Shown piece after piece: positions 60,927 through 64,000 of a stretch of 64,000 bases of DNA. The translations under genes and the position numbers were made by a program. The DNA lies in the NCBI RefSeq assembly GCF_036365525.1, contig NC_090381.1:65434950-65498949 (forward strand), in the 5' to 3' direction. Source of the DNA: Heterodontus francisci. Lineage: Eukaryota. Every line of letters begins with the position of its first letter. Positions within the stretch are counted from its first letter, which is position 1. The notes below the pieces were generated by a model that was not told the DNA's origin, did not search any database, and saw only the letters and a list, made by a program, of their open reading frames with translations.

Positions 60927-63344
60927 AACATTACAGCGCAGTACAGGCCCTTCGGCCCTCGGTGTTGCGCCGACTTGTGAAACCATCTGACCTACACTAT
61001 TCCATTTTCATCCATATGTCTATCCAATGACCACTTAAATGCCCTTAAAGTTGGCGAGTCTACTACTGTTGCAGGCAGGGCGTTCCACGCCCCTACTCCT
61101 CTCTGAGTAAAGAAACTACCTCTGACATCTGTCCTATATCTATCACCCCTCAACTTAAAGCTATGTCCCCTCGTGTTTGCCATCACCATCCGAGGAAAAA
61201 GACTCTCACTATCCACCCTATCTAACCCTCTGATTATCTTATATGTCTCTATTAAGTCACCTCTCCTCCTCCTCTCTAACGAAAACAACCTCAAGTCCCT
61301 CAGCCTTTCCTCGTAAGACCTTCCCTCCATACCAGGCAACATCCTAGTAAATCTCCTCTGCACCCTTTCCAAAGCTTCCACATCCTTCCTATAATGCGGT
61401 GACCAGAACTGCACGCAATACTCCAGGTGCGGCCGCACCAGAGTTTTGTACAGCTGCAGCATGACCTCGTGGCTCCGAAACTCGATCCCCCTACTAATAA
61501 AAGCTAACACACCATATGCCTTCTTAACAGCCCTATTAACCTGGGTGGCAACTTTCAGGGATTTATGTACCTGGACACCAAGATCTCTCTGCTCATCTAC
61601 GCTACCAAGAATCTTCCCATTAGCCCAGTACTCTGCATTCCTGTTACTCCTTCCAAAGTGAATCACCTCACACTTTTCCGCATTAAACTCCATTTGCCAT
61701 CTCTCAGCCCAGCTCTGCAGCCTATCTATGTCTCTGTACCCTACAACATCCTTCGGCACTATCCACAACTCCACCGACCTTCGTGTCATCCGCAAATTTA
61801 CTAACCCACCCTTCTACACCCTCTTCCAGGTCATTTATAAAAATGACAAAGAGCAGTGGCCCCAAAACAGATCCTTGCGGTACACCACTAGTAACTAAAC
61901 TCCAGGATGAACATTTGCCATCAACCACCACCCTCTGTCTTCTTTCAGCTAGCCAATTTCTGATCCAAAGCACTAAATCACCTTCAATCCCATACTTCTG
62001 TATTTTCTGCAATAGCCTACCGTGGGGAACCTTATCAAACGCCGTACTGAAATCCATATACACCACATCCACGGCTTTACCCTCATCCACCTGTTTGGTC
62101 ACCTTCTCGAAAAACTCAATAAGGTTTGTGAGGCACGACCTACCCTTCACAAAACCGTGCTGACTATCTCTAATGAACTTATTCTTTTCAAGATGATTAT
62201 AAATCCTGTCTCTTATAACCTTTTCCAACATTTTACCCACAACCGAAGTAAGGCTCACAGGTCTATAATTACCAGGGCTGTCTCTACTCCCCTTCTTGAA
62301 CAAGGGGACAACATCTGCTATCCTCCAGTCTTCCGGCGCTATTCCTGTCGACAATGACAACATAAAGATCAAGGTCAAAGGCTCTGCAATCTCCTCCCTG
62401 GCTTCCCAGAGAATCCTAGGATAAATCCCATCTGGCCCAGGGGACTTATCTATTTTCACACTTTCCAAAACTGCTAACACCTCCTCCTTGTGAACCTCAA
62501 TCCCATCTAGCCTAGTAGTCTGTATCTCTGTATTCTCCTCGACAACATTTTCTTTCTCTACTGTAAATACTGACGCAAAATATTCATTTAACGCTTCCCC
62601 TATCTCCTCTGATTCCACACACAACTTCCCACTACTATCCTTGATTGGCCCTAATCTAACTCTAGTCATTCTTTTATTCCTGATATACCTATAGAAAGCC
62701 TTAGGGTTTTCCTTGATCCTATCCGCCAATGACTTCTCGTGTCCTCTCCTCGCTCTTCTTAGCTCTCCCTTTAGATCCTTCCTGGCTAGCTTGTAACTCT
62801 CAAGCGCCCTAACTGAGCCTTCACGTCTCATCCTAACATAAGCCTCCTTCTTCCTCTTGACAAGCGCTTCAACTTTTTTAGTAAACCATGGCTCCCTCGC
62901 TCGACAACTTCCTCCCTGCCTGACAGGTACATACTTATCAAGGACACGCAGTAGCTGCTCCCTGAATAAGCTCCACATTTCGATTGTGCCCATCCCCTGC
63001 AGTTTCCTTCCCCATCCTACGCATCCTAAATCTTGCCTAATCGCATCATAATTTCCTTTCCCCCAGCTATAATTCTTGCCCTGCGGTATATACCTGTCCC
63101 TGCCCATCGCTAAGGTAAACCTAACCGAATTGTGATCGCTATCACCAAAGTGCTCACCTACATCTAAATCTAACACCTGGCCGGGTTCATTACCCAGTAC
63201 CAAATCCAATGTGGCATCGCCCCTGGTTGGCCTGTCCACATACTGTGTCAGAAAACCCTCCTGCACACACTGGACAAAAACTGACCCATCTAAAGTACTT
63301 GAACTATAGTATTTCCAGTCAATATTTGGAAAGTTAAAGTCCCC
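60927..63344 (-). mobile_element. Young 5'-truncated CR1 LINE, ORF2 intact except for one frameshift, 6-bp TSD
   Basis: A 541-aa ORF (GDFN...SDH...QHGF...DFSTAFD...QGSVLGP...FADD) continues into a second ORF after a frameshift near 61735. CATTAG at 60921-60926 and 63345-63350. Confidence 0.95.
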
Positions 63345-63477
63345 CATTAGTTGGATTCTACTGAGAAAGCAGCAAAATATTTTGAGTGAATTGTTAATAA
63401 CATTTAAAACTAAAGTACATAAGGAAGGAATAACCAGTGCAATACTATTTCATTCAGTTTATTTATTTTTCTTTCAG

Positions 63478-64000
63478 AATATGAAATGAACAGGATAGTA
63501 AAGAGGCATAGAAAAAATGATAGACAGCAGGGCACATTTGTGCAAGTTGGCAAACCGATCCATAACTGGAGAGTTCAGAGATGCTCAAAAAATGGAAAAA
63601 GGTCTGGCAAGCTTATTGGTAATACCAACTCAGAAATAGAACAACATGCCAAATTTCTAGAATTTCTTCAGCCAAAGAAGGAAGGATCTGGATATTACAC
63701 CATTGGTTCCCCCATTAGCTTTCCGGAGGCAAAATTAGCACTTGAGTTTGAAGATACACCTAAGGTTAGAAATGAGACAGAAAAAGGAGAAAAATTTCAA
63801 AGGGAAGCTTTTATAGAATTTCCAGGAGTTACTGAGAGCAATAATGTCTTGTGCAGCAACACTGAGATTGAGATGGATGCTTCTGTCTGCAGTCCAGAAA
63901 AACTTGGTCAGATAGATGAAGGACTTTTATCTCAGAAAAATAGTGCAGAGGAGAATATAGCAAACTTTAGCAAGGCTACTGACTTGTCGCAAGTGATTGA
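63478..64000 (+). CDS. ECT2: Candidate large ECT2 exon without a human counterpart (open to the window end)
   Basis: Strong acceptor TTTATTTATTTTTCTTTCAG. Spliced in phase 1 to the exon ending at 60039 it reads EYEMNRIVKRHRKNDRQQGTFVQVGKPIHNW...EFEDTPKVRNETEKGEKF...KATDLSQVI with no stop in 523 nt. Confidence 0.6.

Overview
Eukaryotic, repeat-rich vertebrate genomic DNA, almost certainly from a shark or other elasmobranch (HE1-type V-SINEs, Deu-SINEs, abundant CR1, Penelope ends). Three host genes can be reconstructed from splice sites and protein similarity. (1) NCEH1 first coding exon on the minus strand (1819-1956). (2) A divergently transcribed, complete 3-exon THAP zinc-finger gene (2546-15199, about 405 aa; THAP domain + Ser/Thr-rich linker + DHSY HCF-1-binding motif + coiled coil) sharing a <600-bp bidirectional promoter with NCEH1. 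(3) The 5' half of ECT2 (34946 to the window end; BRCT repeats and NLS/S-loop) with a CCAAT-array + CDE/CHR G2/M promoter. In human, NCEH1 and ECT2 are head-to-head neighbours, so the THAP gene is an extra gene in this interval. Highlights: an in-frame, stop-free candidate ECT2 exon of at least 523 nt with no human counterpart (63478-64000); an ECT2 cassette exon whose donor reads AT instead of GT; a competing THAP acceptor that would give a THAP-only isoform; a 134-bp hammerhead-ribozyme-bearing Penelope-derived insertion with a perfect 13-bp TSD; an RT-deleted Gmr1-order Gypsy element; and a NOP53 retro-fragment. Homologies come from recalled sequences, not database searches, and repeat boundaries are approximate.
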